Shown: positions 1 through 13,659, counted from the stretch's first letter. The stretch is DNA of 43,917 nucleotides from Mesotaenium endlicherianum (GCA_009602735.1 WELA01001939.1:914082-957998); one strand, 5' to 3'. Notes: a model not told the origin generated them from the sequence alone. Program-made: numbers and translations.

Positions 1-855
1 CCCCCCCGCCTCTTTCTCACTATCACTCATTGTCCCTCTGTCTCTCCATCATGCATACACACAAAGACAAACGCGCATGCTCGCGAGCATGTGTGCTGCC
101 TCTACACACTTGCCTCCCTTCGTGTGCTTGCATGCACGCCAGCCCTTTGCGTGCCTTGGTGAACTGGTTTGGGATGTGCAGTCTCATGCTCTGAGACCTC
201 CGGAGTGATGGCACAGAGAGAAATTCTGCCAGTTCCTTTCGCTCTTCCTCTCTTTCCTCTTTACCTGTTCAAGGGCCCGCTTGCCCACAAGCTAAAGGGC
301 ACTACCGCGCGTGAGTCCATCGGCCTGCGCAAGTGCGCGCCGAGAGCTTGCAACGAGATAATTTGGCGAGTGTAGCAGTGGCCACACCATGAGGTACTCC
401 GCCCTTCAGATGAGGAGGTGGCAGTCTTGATGCTGTGGGCATCAGCGGCGCATCATTAGAGCCCTGGCTATAATGTCTGGGGAGAAAGAACCCCAGGCTG
501 GCTGATACTGCTACGCTTAGGTAGATTAGAAAGAGGCGCGCAAGACCCGAGTGCAGGAGGGGCCGGCGCTTTTTTTCACACTCAGCCCGTCGGCACAGTG
601 CCCCACTGCTCTGCTGGCCCTCCCCCAGGCAATTTTGCAAACACGGGAACCAACGTCTCCTTGCATGGGCCTCCCCTCTGTTGTTGCATCAACTGCCATT
701 CTCTCTCTACATACATGTCTCTCTCCGTCTGTTGTTCCCCTCTGCCGGTGTATATTCTCCCGACGGCAGCAGCTTCCTCTGCCCCTTGCGACAATTGCTG
801 TTTTTCAATTGTCGTGTGACACCTGTCTGCCTGTGGGGGGGTGGGGAGAGAGCAG

Positions 856-3800
856 ATCTGCCCGCACTATGGGGAGCACGCGTGGAGCAAGATCCTCAAG
901 AAGCCAGGCTTTGCCATCACCGCAGGGTGGCCGGCAGCTGGCGACCCCGACTTCACCCTCAAGGCTGCCAACGAATACGTCCAGGTGCGCTGTTAACATC
1001 TAACAAGTACAAAGTCAATCCGTAAAAGTCACAACAAGTAGGATTTCGCCCCTTGCAGTAGACTCACTGCTAAGTCGTTTGCTATTTGTGCCCCCCCCCT
1101 CCCCCCTCTCTGCCCTCCCCTTCNCCTGTCTCTGGCGCAATTCCTGCATGTGCAGCACAGTGCACGTACCGTAGCATATGTGGCACTTGGTCAGCAGCTT
1201 CCGGAAGGGGCACTCAGATGGCACTCAGACGGCGTTGCAATCTGTCCCCCCTCTCTCCCTTGCGTCCCCCCCTGACTGTGTGGGGCACACCATCTCGTCT
1301 TGCACCGTGCATTCTTGGCTGGGCTGCGCCCTTCTGCGCTGGGCTGGGCGGGGCTGGGCTGCGCTGGGCTGGGCTGGCTGGGCTGGGGGGGGTTGGGCTG
1401 GGGGGGGGTGTGCTGGGGTGGGCGGCCGGAGAGTCACCAGGACACAATCAGCGACTTCCGGAAGGTGCTGACAAAGCAGCAGGCGCCGCCCAAGAAGGCC
1501 AAGAAGCCCGCGGCCGGCGCCACCCCGGCGGCTCCGCAGAAGCCATCTGTCGGCCTCGTGTTCGTCGCGGAGCAGTATGGCGGCTGGCAGGTACGCATAC
1601 GCACACATACACGCGCGCGCGTGCACACATACACACACACACACACACACACATACACGCACACTTATATGGGCGTCCATGCATGCACATACACAGAGAT
1701 GCACACCCATCCGCACATGCACGTGCACGCGCGCACGCATACACACAGAGGTACACGCACACATACACACACACACACACATAGACAGAGACAGGGGCAC
1801 GCACGTGCGTGCCCCCACACGCTTTGCAGGAGCAGGAGCGTGAGACCACGCTCTGCGTTAAGAACATCACTGTATACCATAGTACATGCCCGAAAAATAC
1901 ACGTGAGCATCTGTAACGCATGCCTGTCGCATGCATTCGGGTGCATCTCATAGTGGACATGTGTTTTCTCCATCATAGCGGAAGTAGCCTGCCCCAGGCA
2001 TAGCCTCACGCTGCCACTCTGAACTGAAGGTGGCTGCGGCGGGTAGCCAAGCTCGGCCACAGAGAGAGAGCGAGAGGGAGAGAGGCTCCGCGTTCTCTTA
2101 CACTCCGTTGTAGAGGGCACGAGAAGCTTTGCCGGGAGGAGGCTTTCTGCACCTCTTTGCTGCTGCTGCTGCTGACAACAAGGCCTCAGGTTTCCGCCTC
2201 GTGTCAGTAGGGACATCCTTTCTTCTGGGCAGCAAGGGTCCAGCTTGAGCGTCTCCTGGTAGAGACTGGGAAGGTGGGCTTGGGTAGGGGATATATATAT
2301 ATATACATGTATATTTTTTTATTTTTAATTTTATTTTTTTTTTGTTGGGGGAGGGGGGNGCGGAGAAGACGTTTGCGCCGGACGCCGACATCATGAGCGC
2401 CGTGCGGGCTAGCCCCATCGGCCAGGTGGATGCACGCCCTCATCGCGCTTTGCTTGATGGGCACAGCTTATACGTGATTGGTTGTCCTTCGTCGAGAGCC
2501 TAGTACGATGTGCTGTAATGCGACGTGGTTGATTGCGATAACAGCAGCCGTAACACTCTATCATATGATTCCCGGGACACTCTTGTGCCATGTGTCAGGT
2601 TGCCGTATCGGGCGCACGTGATTTCTACTGGCACATGTAGCTTATTATTACATATCGTTGCACTTGGAGTCGATTGAGTCACGATTTGCACAGATACTGA
2701 TGCATTCTTTTGGTGTGATATGTGCGGCGTGCGGCGGCGGTGGAACGGCAGAGGGGCGACTTCAAGAAGGTGATGGGGCTGTGCATGCCCTTCATGAAGT
2801 TCAAGCAGAACGCCGCCCTCCAGACCGGCCCTCAGGTGAGCTTGAGAACGCGAGACGAGAGTGAGGAAGGGAGAAAGAGAGAGAGCGCGACAACCCACTT
2901 AAACACAAAACACAGCGAAAGGGGGCAGTGAGGCAGAGAGACAGGATGCTAGCTTCCGTTCGCGCATCCTCGCCTTTCTCCCGGTTTGAAGATTGTTGCT
3001 TGCTGCTGGTGGGGCGGGCGGCTGCGGGGCTCTCACGCCTCCGGCAAGGGGGGCCTGGCGCCTCCTGCCTCCAGTCGCCAGTGGGGTTTGTGTGCGGTGC
3101 TTGACTCGTTCCTTTGAAACAGCACAAGTGGCATCCCTCGCACAATGTTTTGTGCGTGTCCGTGTGCGTGTGTGTGTGTGTGAGTGTGTGTGTGTGTGTG
3201 TATGTGCGTGTGTGCGTGGGCGCGCATGCGAGAGTCCCTTCAGTCCAGACGGGACACTCCTAGCATGGAGGAATTTGCGAGTGGGTCTCTCTTGGTTCCT
3301 TGCCCGCTGCGCCTTTTCAGTGGAGGGGAAGGTTAGCAACTTATCGTTCAACGGTGCTGTTGACATAAGTACGAAATGCATGAGAGGGTTGAGCGTGTGA
3401 GCGTGGTGGCAGCATTCCAAGCTCTGCAGTTGGAGCTACAGACAGCCCTAGGTAGCTTCAGCCCTGGTTGAGCTCAGATGCAGGTCCTAACATTGATGTA
3501 TATGACAAAACTGCGCCTGTGCGTCTGCGTATGTGTGTGTGTATGTGTGCGTGTGTGGGCGGGGTGGGGGGCGATGGAGTGTGTGCAGGCGTTGGATCTA
3601 AAGCTGACGTTTGACGAGGTGGAGGTGCTGACCACCAACGCCGATTTGATTCGGGTGAGTTTCTCGCTCCACCTCTCTGCCTGTCTTTGCCTGCCCGCCC
3701 GCCTGTCTGAGCGCGAGCGAACCTACTTCTCTGGGTGAGTGTTAGTGTGGTTGCGCGTGCACGCAGAGCATCATCCTCTCTCCTTCTCTGTTGCTCTCCT

Positions 3801-5034
3801 CACTTTCTTCTCCCTCTCCCCTTTTCCCTCTTCCTCCTGTCGCGCTGGCTGTCAGAGCAGGTGTCAGTCGCACATCACTTTGCTGATTCCCCAAATCGTC
3901 AGCCGCGGTCGGCAAGAGGGGATGGTGTGAGGGAGTCAGGCATGCAGAGGAGGGGGGGAAGGGAGAGGTGAGGGGGGGCAGGGAGGGGCGGCGGGGGGGT
4001 ACAGGAAGTGTGGCGACTTCCCGTCTGCTTTTTAACTTTCGCTGCAGATAGGAAGGCCGGCTGAAACGCACATGCCTTATCTCCAGCAGCTGCAGCATCA
4101 GCAGCCCCTGTTCACACTCATATCAAGCGGGATGTTTTGGCCCAACTGTGTGATCAACTTGCATCCAGAATAGAGCACATCTGACATTGGGCACTTTACC
4201 TAACTCCTGGCAGAGGCTTGTGACAAGAGCTGGGGAGGCCCTGGCTGCTCCATATGGGCTTCTACGTGCACTTTACTTGCACCTGTGGATGCTTTCACCC
4301 CTGCCCCCATTTATCCCCGGATATTTGAAACCTCAAAATCAAAGGCACAAATCAATCGCTGAATTGCGACTCTGAAGATCGAACCGGACCTGGATCGAGG
4401 GGCAAGAGCGTCGGCTGCTGGCCTCTTCCCCGCCTCGAACTCAACTGGCTCAGATGCTCTTTTACTCTGACAATTTGGATGCGTGCGCGCGCGCGCGCGT
4501 TGTGTGTTTGTGTGTGTGTGTGTGTGTTTGTGTGTGACGTGCGCTTGCTGGCAGAGGCAACTGGGGCTAGAGGAGCTCTCAGTGCACACCACCACAGACG
4601 AGGCAGCTGTCGCCAGGGCAGGCTCAGATGCCTCAAGAATAGCGGCTGCCACGCCAGGTCAGCATCAGCTATGTGTGTCTGTGTGTGTGTTTTTGTGCGC
4701 GCGTGCGTTTGTGTGCATACGTGTGTCTATACGTGCGGTCTTAGGTGGATAATGGTAGTTGTGCTATCTCATATTGTTCTCCCCCTTACATGTGAGAAAC
4801 TTTGGCGCACCCGTGAGGATACGGTCACCTTCTTTGTGCCTCTCTTGTGACCGAGCTTGCAATTTGCGTTCTGTCGTCAGCATCAACAATTATGCAAGTT
4901 ACGAGCACGTCCAAGTCTGTTGCCCTCTCTCGCTAACACACTCACAAGGCATGTGTGAGTGAGCAGGGAGTCCTGTTGCCATCTTTGTGACGCCCACCAT
5001 CGAGTCCGAAGTGCAGGCTCGCCTCTCTATCTGA
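856..5034 (+). CDS. LARS1: Cytosolic leucyl-tRNA synthetase, C-terminal part (5' portion outside window; one exon truncated at N2359)
   Basis: GT-AG exons 856-984 (ICPHYGEHAWSKILKKPGFAITAGWPAAGDPDFTLKAANEYVQ), 1441-1590 (DTISDFRKVL...GLVFVAEQYGGWQ), ~2360-2425 (AEKTFAPDADIMSAVRASPIGQ, start lost at N), 2752-2835 (RGDFKKVMGLCMPFMKFK...GPQ), 3589-3654 (ALDLKLTFDEVEVLTTNADLIR), 4555-4657 (RQLGLEELSV...ATP-G), 4967-5034 (SPVAIFVTPTIESEVQARLSI*). Order and motifs match the plant cytosolic LeuRS C-terminus as I recall it (ICPH..E, AGWP, MPF.KFK, LIRRQLGLEEV, PGSP.AIF). Confidence 0.93.
1317..1425 (+). repeat. G-rich pentamer repeat (GCTGG/GGGGT) just upstream of a LeuRS 3' splice site
   Basis: Repeated ggctg/gggct units followed by G-runs, ending ~15 nt before the AG at 1439-1440. 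Confidence 0.85.
1595..1790. repeat. Degenerate (CA)n/(CG)n microsatellite immediately after a LeuRS donor site
   Basis: Read directly; it produces the spurious THTH/CVCV ORFs. Confidence 0.9.
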
Positions 5035-7000
5035 ATACCATGAGCTTAGAAACCACGTGATGCGAAGAGTGACAATTCGTTCTTCTTGGAGAGCCTCTCA
5101 TCCACAGGGGCAACAATTGTCTATATCTATTTCCTTTGCGTGCAACCTTCTCTGGCCTGAATGCGCGTGCACGACTCTTAAAACTGCAATATTAGTTGAA
5201 CACCAGAGTGAAGCACGTTTTGTGGTCATGTCCGAGAAGAAGACGCAAACTTGGTGTGTGAGTGCAGTTTCTGGCTATGCTTCTGGAGTGGCGCAGTGTA
5301 CACTTCCGTGGCCTCATGTCACAATTGAAAAGGTACTTATTGCGTGGTGGACTACATGTGGTCATTGTGTCTGTTAGCTCGTACAGCAGAAATGCTCTTG
5401 CACATATTACTACAATTAACCGCATATATGTAAGCTCAAAAATTTTGTCGGGACAAAGTTACAGTTGTGCTGCCCATGCCACACATTGTCATATCATCGT
5501 AAAAAATAATGTGTCATCTCGTCNATAGGAAGGCCGGCTGAAACGCACATGCCTTATCTCCAGCAGCTGCAGCATCAGCAGCCCCTGTTCACACTCATAT
5601 CAAGCGGGATGTTTTGGCCCAACTGTGTGATCAACTTGCATCCAGAATAGAGCACATCTGACATTGGGCACTTTACCTAACTCCTGGCAGAGGCTTGTGA
5701 CAAGAGCTGGGGAGGCCCTGGCTGCTCCATATGGGCTTCTACGTGCACTTTACTTGCACCTGTGGATGCTTTCACCCCTGCCCCCATTTATCCCCGGATA
5801 TTTGAAACCTCAAAATCAAAGGCACAAATCAATCGCTGAATTGCGACTCTGAAGATCGAACCGGACCTGGATCGAGGGGCAAGAGCGTCGGCTGCTGGCC
5901 TCTTCCCCGCCTCGAACTCAACTGGCTCAGATGCTCTTTTACTCTGACAATTTGGATGCGTGCGCGCGCGCGCGCGTTGTGTGTTTGTGTGTGTGTGTGT
6001 GTGTTTGTGTGTGACGTGCGCTTGCTGGCAGAGGCAACTGGGGCTAGAGGAGCTCTCAGTGCACACCACCACAGACGAGGCAGCTGTCGCCAGGGCAGGC
6101 TCAGATGCCTCAAGAATAGCGGCTGCCACGCCAGGTCAGCATCAGCTATGTGTGTCTGTGTGTGTGTTTTTGTGCGCGCGTGCGTTTGTGTGCATACGTG
6201 TGTCTATACGTGCGGTCTTAGGTGGATAATGGTAGTTGTGCTATCTCATATTGTTCTCCCCCTTACATGTGAGAAACTTTGGCGCACCCGTGAGGATACG
6301 GTCACCTTCTTTGTGCCTCTCTTGTGACCGAGCTTGCAATTTGCGTTCTGTCGTCAGCATCAACAATTATGCAAGTTACGAGCACGTCCAAGTCTGTTGC
6401 CCTCTCTCGCTAACACACTCACAAGGCATGTGTGAGTGAGCAGGGAGTCCTGTTGCCATCTTTGTGACGCCCACCATCGAGTCCGAAGTGCAGGCTCGCC
6501 TCTCTATCTGAATACCATGAGCTTAGAAACCACGTGATGCGAAGAGTGACAATTCGTTCTTCTTGGAGAGCCTCTCATCCACAGGGGCAACAATTGTCTA
6601 TATCTATTTCCTTTGCGTGCAACCTTCTCTGGCCTGAATGCGCGTGCACGACTCTTAAAACTGCAATATTAGTTGAACACCAGAGTGAAGCACGTTTTGT
6701 GGTCATGTCCGAGAAGAAGACGCAAACTTGGTGTGTGAGTGCAGTTTCTGGCTATGCTTCTGGAGTGGCGCAGTGTACACTTCCGTGGCCTCATGTCACA
6801 ATTGAAAAGGTACTTATTGCGTGGTGGACTACATGTGGTCATTGTGTCTGTTAGCTCGTACAGCAGAAATGCTCTTGCACATATTACTACAATTAACCGC
6901 ATATATGTAAGCTCAAAAATTTTGTCGGGACAAAGTTACAGTTGTGCTGCCCATGCCACACATTGTCATATCATCGTAAAAAATAATGTGTCATCTCGTC
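4048..7000. repeat. Apparently exact 1476-bp tandem duplication (4048-5523 = 5525-7000) separated by a single N; probable scaffolding artefact
   Basis: Both copies start ATAGGAAGGCCGG and end TCATCTCGTC. The ORF track is identical at an offset of 1477. N at 5524. The second copy repeats the last two LeuRS exons (6032-6134, 6444-6511). Confidence 0.95.
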
Positions 7001-7589
7001 TAACGTCGCGAGTTAGCACATCGACTTCATAGGTAGCACCAATTCTCCCAAAACAAGGAGAAAACGTGCATTTCTACATATGTCCACGCGTGCGAGTGCC
7101 CTACCAAGGCTGGCTTGGTGCTGATGTAAACAAGTCTACATTGTTTCAAACGTCAAAAGTACTACGGGGACCGTAACATCTGTCGAGATCCAGAGATGAA
7201 ATAACTCCTGAGGTTTACACCTGCAAAATGCAGACCTGTTCACTCTTGCATCTTACAATCACCATTGGCTCAGAACAAAAGGGCCCAGCAGACTTAACAT
7301 GAGAGATTCGTGTGAAAGTATATTATGAAACTGACTTTTAAAATCAGCCCTAGCCCCATTTCATGTCTGTGCGGAACTCGCATGCTAAATGAACAGAGTG
7401 CAACTCACACACTTCAATAATACAATCATAGCAAGCTCTACTCTTCTTCACGACCCACAGTCCCACACAAAAAGCCTGCTTAAGATCAACTCATCACATT
7501 TCAGCGCTCATTGTACATTTTCCAGAAGTATATAAAGCACCTCGTCTCGCAGCCTCGGACTCGGCTTCCGGCACCAAAAACACGCAGAG

Positions 7590-10500
7590 CTAAGACTCTT
7601 CAAACGCGCCCAGGCCTTTGAGGTCTTCGAGAAACGCGGAGTACGTGTCGTCCATGCTGGCAGGCTTAGGTGCGGGGGGGAGGGCAGGACCGAGCACGGG
7701 CTTCTTCACGACAGGCACTATCTTAGGCTTGGGCTTCAGGCCCGCCACCGCGTCCCTCCTCACCCGCACAGATGCAGGGACCTGCGCACACGGCAGGTAG
7801 ACACGTAGGGTGAAGTATTCAGCAACACGCTTAACAGCGAACCAGCTCGAAGAAAAAAGAGCATCGAGCAGGCAATCAAAAGAGCCTAAGCTGGAAGCTT
7901 TTCTTCCCATTGCATGTGCCAGCTTCAGCCTGCCAGCACAACAGACCATGGATCTGCAGAAAAGAACAGGATTGAAATGCTATCAGCCTGCCAGCGGAAC
8001 AAGCCTGCCGATAAGAAGAGAAACGAAATGCTATCAATCTCAAAGTTTTACCGATAGCACAGTGCAAGAACAGGGGGGAGCGCGTCCTCTGGCCAGCAAG
8101 GCAACCGTAGATTTGGCCCAGCAGGACGCCTGATGACGGCGCAGCAGAGAGAGAACAGAACGCTCACCATGGAAGTCAGCTCAGGCGTGTGCTGAGCCAA
8201 GGGCCTCTTCACCACCGTGGCCGCCGCAGACTTGATATACGACGGCTTACTGGCAGCCCCCGCAGCTTCTCCTCCTGCTCCACCTCCGCCTGCGCCTGCG
8301 CCACCGATGCTGCCCCCGCCTGGCTGTCCTGCAGCTGCACTACTGGGTGGGGCTTCTGATGGAGGAGGCCCAGGGGGAGGGCGCATCCCAGGAGGGGGAC
8401 CTGGGGGAGGCGCCATTCCTCGGGGGGGAGGGGGACCTGGAGGGGGCCTCATGCCATGTACTCCCCCCGCCCCAGGGGGGGGGCCTGGGGGGGGTCTCAT
8501 CATGGCAGGGTGCACAACCGGGGGCGGACCCGGGGGAGGGCCGGTGGGGGGGATTTGACCCTGGCCTTGACCCTGGCCTTGACCCTGGCCTTGAGTGTGA
8601 GGGGGGCCTGTTGCATGATGGGGGGGAGGGGGTGGGGGCAATCGCATGCCAGGCGGGGGTGGAGGGGGAGGCAGGTGGGAAGGCCTTGGGGGGGGCGGCG
8701 GTGGCAAGCGCGGCTCTCCTTCTGCGCCTTCTTCGCCCCCCCCGTCTTGCCTGGCGTTTAGAGGTGCAGCAGCGAATGCCCCACCATCGCCTGCACCTTC
8801 CAGGGCCTGAGCCTCAGGCCTGCGGGGAGGGGGGGGCGGCGGGGGCGGGCGAGTGGCAGCCTGTGGCAGAGAGAAGAGGGAGACGAGTGAATGACGTGAA
8901 GGCTGGGCAGAATAAGGCGTGGACAGGGGAGAACGGGCGTGACCCAGTGGTGGAATGAGGCACAGAATAGGGTGGGCGCAGATATGGACACACTCGCTGG
9001 AGCACAGCACAGCACCCGGCGAGGACATACAGGAGGGCACGAGGGAGAGTACCCTGCTAGAATCAGGCAGCTCGCAGTGCAACAGAGTCTACGCTCAGTT
9101 GACACCTGGGCCAGCAGCAGCAGCACGGCGAGGGGCTACGGCATACCTGCCCTTTGAAAAAGAGAACACTCACTCGAGGCTTGCTCAAACACGTGTGCGA
9201 AGTAAACTGCTCGCACACGACCAGATCTCGAGAGCCGGCAGAGGCAGTTGCGGGACAGGGTGTTTGGGGGGGGCCTTACGTATTCGCCAGGTGCCACGCC
9301 AGGTGGCGCCTCCGGCCCCTCGTCGTCCTCCTGCTCGGCCCCTCCTCCTCTGCCCCCTTCCCCTTCCCCTTGATACATCTCCTGCAGATCCGCCTGCCCA
9401 GAATGCGCCATGTGGGGAGGCCTAGGAGGCGGGGGAGGAGGAGGGAGCCTTCCAGGCAAAGAGCCAGGCACGCCCCCGGGCATGTGCAAGAACATACCGC
9501 CAGGTGGCATTCCTCCAGGTGGTACTCCACCTCCTGGCAGAGGCATCCCGTGTCTGGGAGGAGGGGGCGGGGGAGGGGGTCGCATGGGCATGCCCTCGGG
9601 TGTCAAAAGAGCCCGAGGTGGGGCCGGTGGGGGCGGAGGTGGTAAAGGCACGGGTATGGGGAGGGCTTGATTACCCCCCCCACCTGACGCACTGGGGGGC
9701 AGAGGAGGGGGGGGCGGCGGTGGGGGGAGAGGCAGAGCAAGGCCGGATTGCAGCTCCTCCTCCTCCTCCTCTGGCCCCGACCCCTCTGCATTATCGCCAC
9801 CTCCAGGAGCGTGCGCCTCTGGCGCCCTCGTGCCTGGACAAGTGGCAGGCAGGCAAACGGAGACAATGAGAAATCAAGGAGAGGGAGAGGGAGAGGGAGA
9901 GGGAGTGGAAGAAATAGAAAGGGGCTGCGTGAGTCTGTATAAGGGGAGCATTGGCGCCACACCTGGGGTGTGCAGGAGCCCGCGCAGTTCAAGCGTGCAC
10001 GTGTGCATTTGTGTACAGTCGAAGCATCCCTTCCTCCCCCTCTCAAAATTGTGCGTGTGAGTGTGAGTGTCTGTGTGCGCGCGCTTGCTGCGGAACAATT
10101 GCACAATGGCTTCTATAGAAGATTAATGGGGGACCCACAGAGGGGGAGAGAGCGTTGACGACTGTAAGCTTCAGAATACGCATTGGGTCCACATTAGCAT
10201 CCGGGCAGTGGCTACTACAATTGACAGTCAACTTCTTCCCAGACTTGCGATCAAGAGAAAGTCCCCTCTAAGCATGGGTGCACCTGCAAAGGAGACCGTT
10301 ATGACACTGCCATGTCACACTAACGCTCGGCGCACCTCAGCCACAAGGGAATGTGTTCTAGCAAGGAAATGACGCCACGTAAGTGAAGGACATCAGCGGT
10401 AGCAGATGAACTCCTGGGTGAGCCAGAGTCTCGGCGAGTGAACGTGAAAGGGAGTGGCCACGGGGAACTACTGACCTGCTTGGGGTCGATACATCGGAGG

Positions 10501-13500
10501 CTTGCCAAGTGGCGGAGCCCCGGAGGGGTTCAACGTTGGGTGATAGTATACTGAGTCCTGCACACATCGAAGGGGCGCAATATCCGACCGAACATTAACC
10601 TCCACAACCGACAGGTCCCCCTCCCTTCTCTCCAGAAAGGAGCCAAGAGGGCGGGGGGGGCCTAAAGAAAGGGAGGAGGGGATGTGGGCAAAGGGTAGGG
10701 CAAAGAAACTGAGAAAGAGATGAGCCTTGTGGTACTCGTAGATATAGAGAATGATAGGATTTTCAAACAAAGACGAAAATAGAACGTAAGCAGTGCTTAC
10801 GAGGGATGCTTCTTCGTAGGGTCGCGAGATAAACGAGTGAGATGCTCATTGCACAGGAGGACCATGCGAGTGAGAGAGAAGCAGAATTCTCAGGTGGGCC
10901 ACGTGACTGATTGCTATAAGTACATGCTTGCATCTGTAAGCACGTGCGTGTGCATCTTATCTTCGTGTGTGTGTGTGTGTGTAAGCGTGTGTGTGTGTGT
11001 GTGTGTGTGCATGTGTGTGCGTATACACAGGCCTGCTACATGACTGATCTCTCCCATCATTTGTCCAGAACAAAATCGGCTGCTACATGTTTGCCTCTGC
11101 CGTACAGCTCTCTCTTGTTTCTTGTAGCCTATACTGGAGCGCGATGTGTACTGCACGCGAACCCACACGCACTACCCCCCAACAGAGCTGCAAAGCTCCA
11201 GCTCATCAAAAGAAGCTAGTTGGGGCCGCATCGGAGCAGCAGCATACCTCGGGCTTAGGGTTCCTGATGGCGTCGCTCGTAGGCCTCCGCGGAGCGCTCA
11301 AATGACTGCACAGGTGGCACTCACACAGGGCGGCTTGCATTAGCAGAGGCAGGCAGGGCCCCCTGCTTGGCCAGCAGTCGGCCATGCTCTCCCCAGCCAA
11401 ACTCGATACAGCCCCTCTCCTGCTTAGCAAACCCTGCCCTGCCCTGCCAATGTCGCTGAGAGGCCACCACTGAGCAAGCTTCCCGCCCATAGAGCCAATC
11501 GAGTCAGTCGTATTCTCAGAACAGTACTACTCGCTCCCACAACAGCTGCTCTTGGGACTGCCACTAGTCACCAGCCGAGGGCGCAGCAAAGGTCCGCCCG
11601 CCCTCACTCAGACCTACACACGACTGCTCTATCGCTCACAAAAGGCAATCTCTTTGGGCCAGCATGATGCCAGCTTCTCCGCAGCTCTCCAAGCCCCAGT
11701 ACAGCCCATCTAGGGCTATTAAGCCAAAGCCCAACCGAAACTAAAGAGACAGGGTTAAGGCACAATCTGAACGCCCCTCGTCAGCTACTGCAGAGAGCTC
11801 AGGGGTTGCTTGGGGGCAGAGCTCGGGCTAAGGCCGGGGCTAGGGCTGGGGCTAGGGCTGGGGCTGGACCCAAGCCCAAGTTCTTATAGCGTAGGTGCTG
11901 AAACTCGCACTTCCTTCTTTGCAAACTGTGCAAGCCTAAGAGGGGGATTGTATGCCAGCCCCGGATCCAGCATACACACACCCTTCTCCTTCTTTGGCCA
12001 GGGTCGATCCCCAGGGCACTTTCCCTCCAGCTACAATGCAGCACCCTCAATCTTCAGGCTCAGCCAAATCCATGGGCAGCATCGCGTGTGTGCCTCAGGA
12101 ACACAAGGGTCAATCAATGGTCAACACGGGCGATGACAGCTGGCGCCCCAGTCCCTGTGCTCTCTGTGAACCCCACATTGACCATAGAAGGGCTGCCTCA
12201 GCTAAGGAGAGGGTTAACAGGACCGACCATTAAAGGACAGACAGCCAGAGAGCCACTTCCATGAGGACATTTGTGAGGGCCCTGCCTCAGGTATAGCCTG
12301 CCTGCCCCTGACACAGCGAGGTTTAAGTCAGGCAGCGCATGACACACAATGTCAGTAGCAGCAGTCAAAGTCTACACACCAGACACCTTCCAGCAGCAGT
12401 CTTAGGGTTCCTGCAGATATTCGACAACTTCAGGGCCATATTCAACCCATGAGCAGGTTTGTTTCATAGATGATTCTGTTACACAAGTAAGACATCGTCC
12501 CTCAATTGTCAATCTTCTCGTCGTGGACCTGGATGTTTGAAGCGGCTACCTTACAAGTCAAGGTATCATGGACGTTGAGCCAAAGACTGCTTCACATGCA
12601 GAGTGCGTCGAGAAGGAGCCCGCAGCACATACAGTATCTTCAGCAGCAGCTAGCCTTGACTGGGGGTTTGGCTTGAAGAGGAGAGAAAGGGCAAGATAAT
12701 CAGATGCACTTCATCCACAAACCTGAACATGACAGGCTCCTTGCCCTCCTCTTTTGCCTTCTCCTCATACTCCTGCTCCAGCCATTCAACATATGCAAGC
12801 CCCACAGAGAGATTAACGCTGGATAAAATCCATGCATAATGACATAATGACACCTTGACTTCTGCTACCATACTCACTCACCATTCCCAGGCATGAGCAA
12901 GACCTGAGAATGCAACGGTTTGGACCCCTCAAAGCATGAGCATTAAGTAGCTAAGGAGACAATACAGGGTTGGGAAACAGACAAATGTACGATGATTGTT
13001 ACAAACAAACTGAGAGCAAGAGGAGGATGGGACAAGCTTACCTTGCGCTTCTTCAGAACGAGCTGCAGTGTGTCCTCTAACTGCCGCTTCTTATGTCGCC
13101 TTGTCTTGTCCAATGCACCTTCAGCTTCTGCAAAATACAGCAAGTAGCAGGAAACTTAAGGTGCTCAAATCCCGAGCAATAAAAATGCGCGCCAAGATGA
13201 AAAATCAAGTCAAAAAGTATAGCTCAACACCACTAAAGAACTAGATGCACACATACTAGGCGGGCTTTCTTGATTGTATTCACGCGTTAGAACATATATT
13301 TGGCCCATCAGAACAAAGCAATGCGTTTTGAGATAGTCCATGAACTGCAAGTTTTCCAGGAACATACTGGTTACTACCGGCATTTTAGACGGTCCACATT
13401 ACTCCTTCAACACCCGTGTCCATTAAAAAGGAAAGAGCGCTTCACAGCAGTAAACATGTTTACAAGCACGTCAAATTAACTTACTCATTGTCTCGAGTTT

Positions 13501-13659
13501 TCCTATTTGATCTTTCAAGCTGTCAGGGTCCTTCTTCAGGATCCCAACCTCGCGGACCTTCTTCCTCTCCTTCTTGTTCCGCTTGAGCTCCTTCTTTCGC
13601 AGGTCCTTCCGGAACGAGTCCGTAGGATTCATTGTCTTCCCTCCCTTGGTCTCTCTCAT
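7590..13659 (-). CDS. WBP11: WW domain-binding protein 11 / EARLY FLOWERING 5-like proline-rich splicing factor (~629 aa, 8 exons)
   Basis: Exons 13659-13485 ([37 protein letters not shown]), 13127-13042, 12772-12723, 11305-11248, 10557-10476 ([23 protein letters not shown]), 9833-9280 and 8860-8168 (poly-Pro; [16 protein letters not shown]), 7781-7590 (VPASVRVRR...[17 protein letters not shown]). All GT-AG with consistent phases; total 1890 nt. The Wbp11 N-terminal motif [17 protein letters not shown] and the C-terminal motif are recognisable. Confidence 0.93.

Noticed and set aside
158..208. Peptide GELVWDVQSHALRPP resembling the preceding LeuRS segment (LVWRFMDVQTRLITP)
   Set aside because: There is no GT donor at the required position, an in-frame stop follows, and three residues are missing. 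It is probably chance; the true exon is likely upstream of the window.
1086..2216. Long overlapping ORFs rich in THTH/CVCV/ARAR (also at 2900-3400, 17900-18400, 39300-40000, 42100-43840)
   Set aside because: They are translations of (CA)n/(TG)n microsatellites and GC-rich introns, which lack stops by composition.
8217..9869. Gly-rich plus-strand ORFs
   Set aside because: They are antisense shadows of the poly-Pro exons of WBP11/ELF5.
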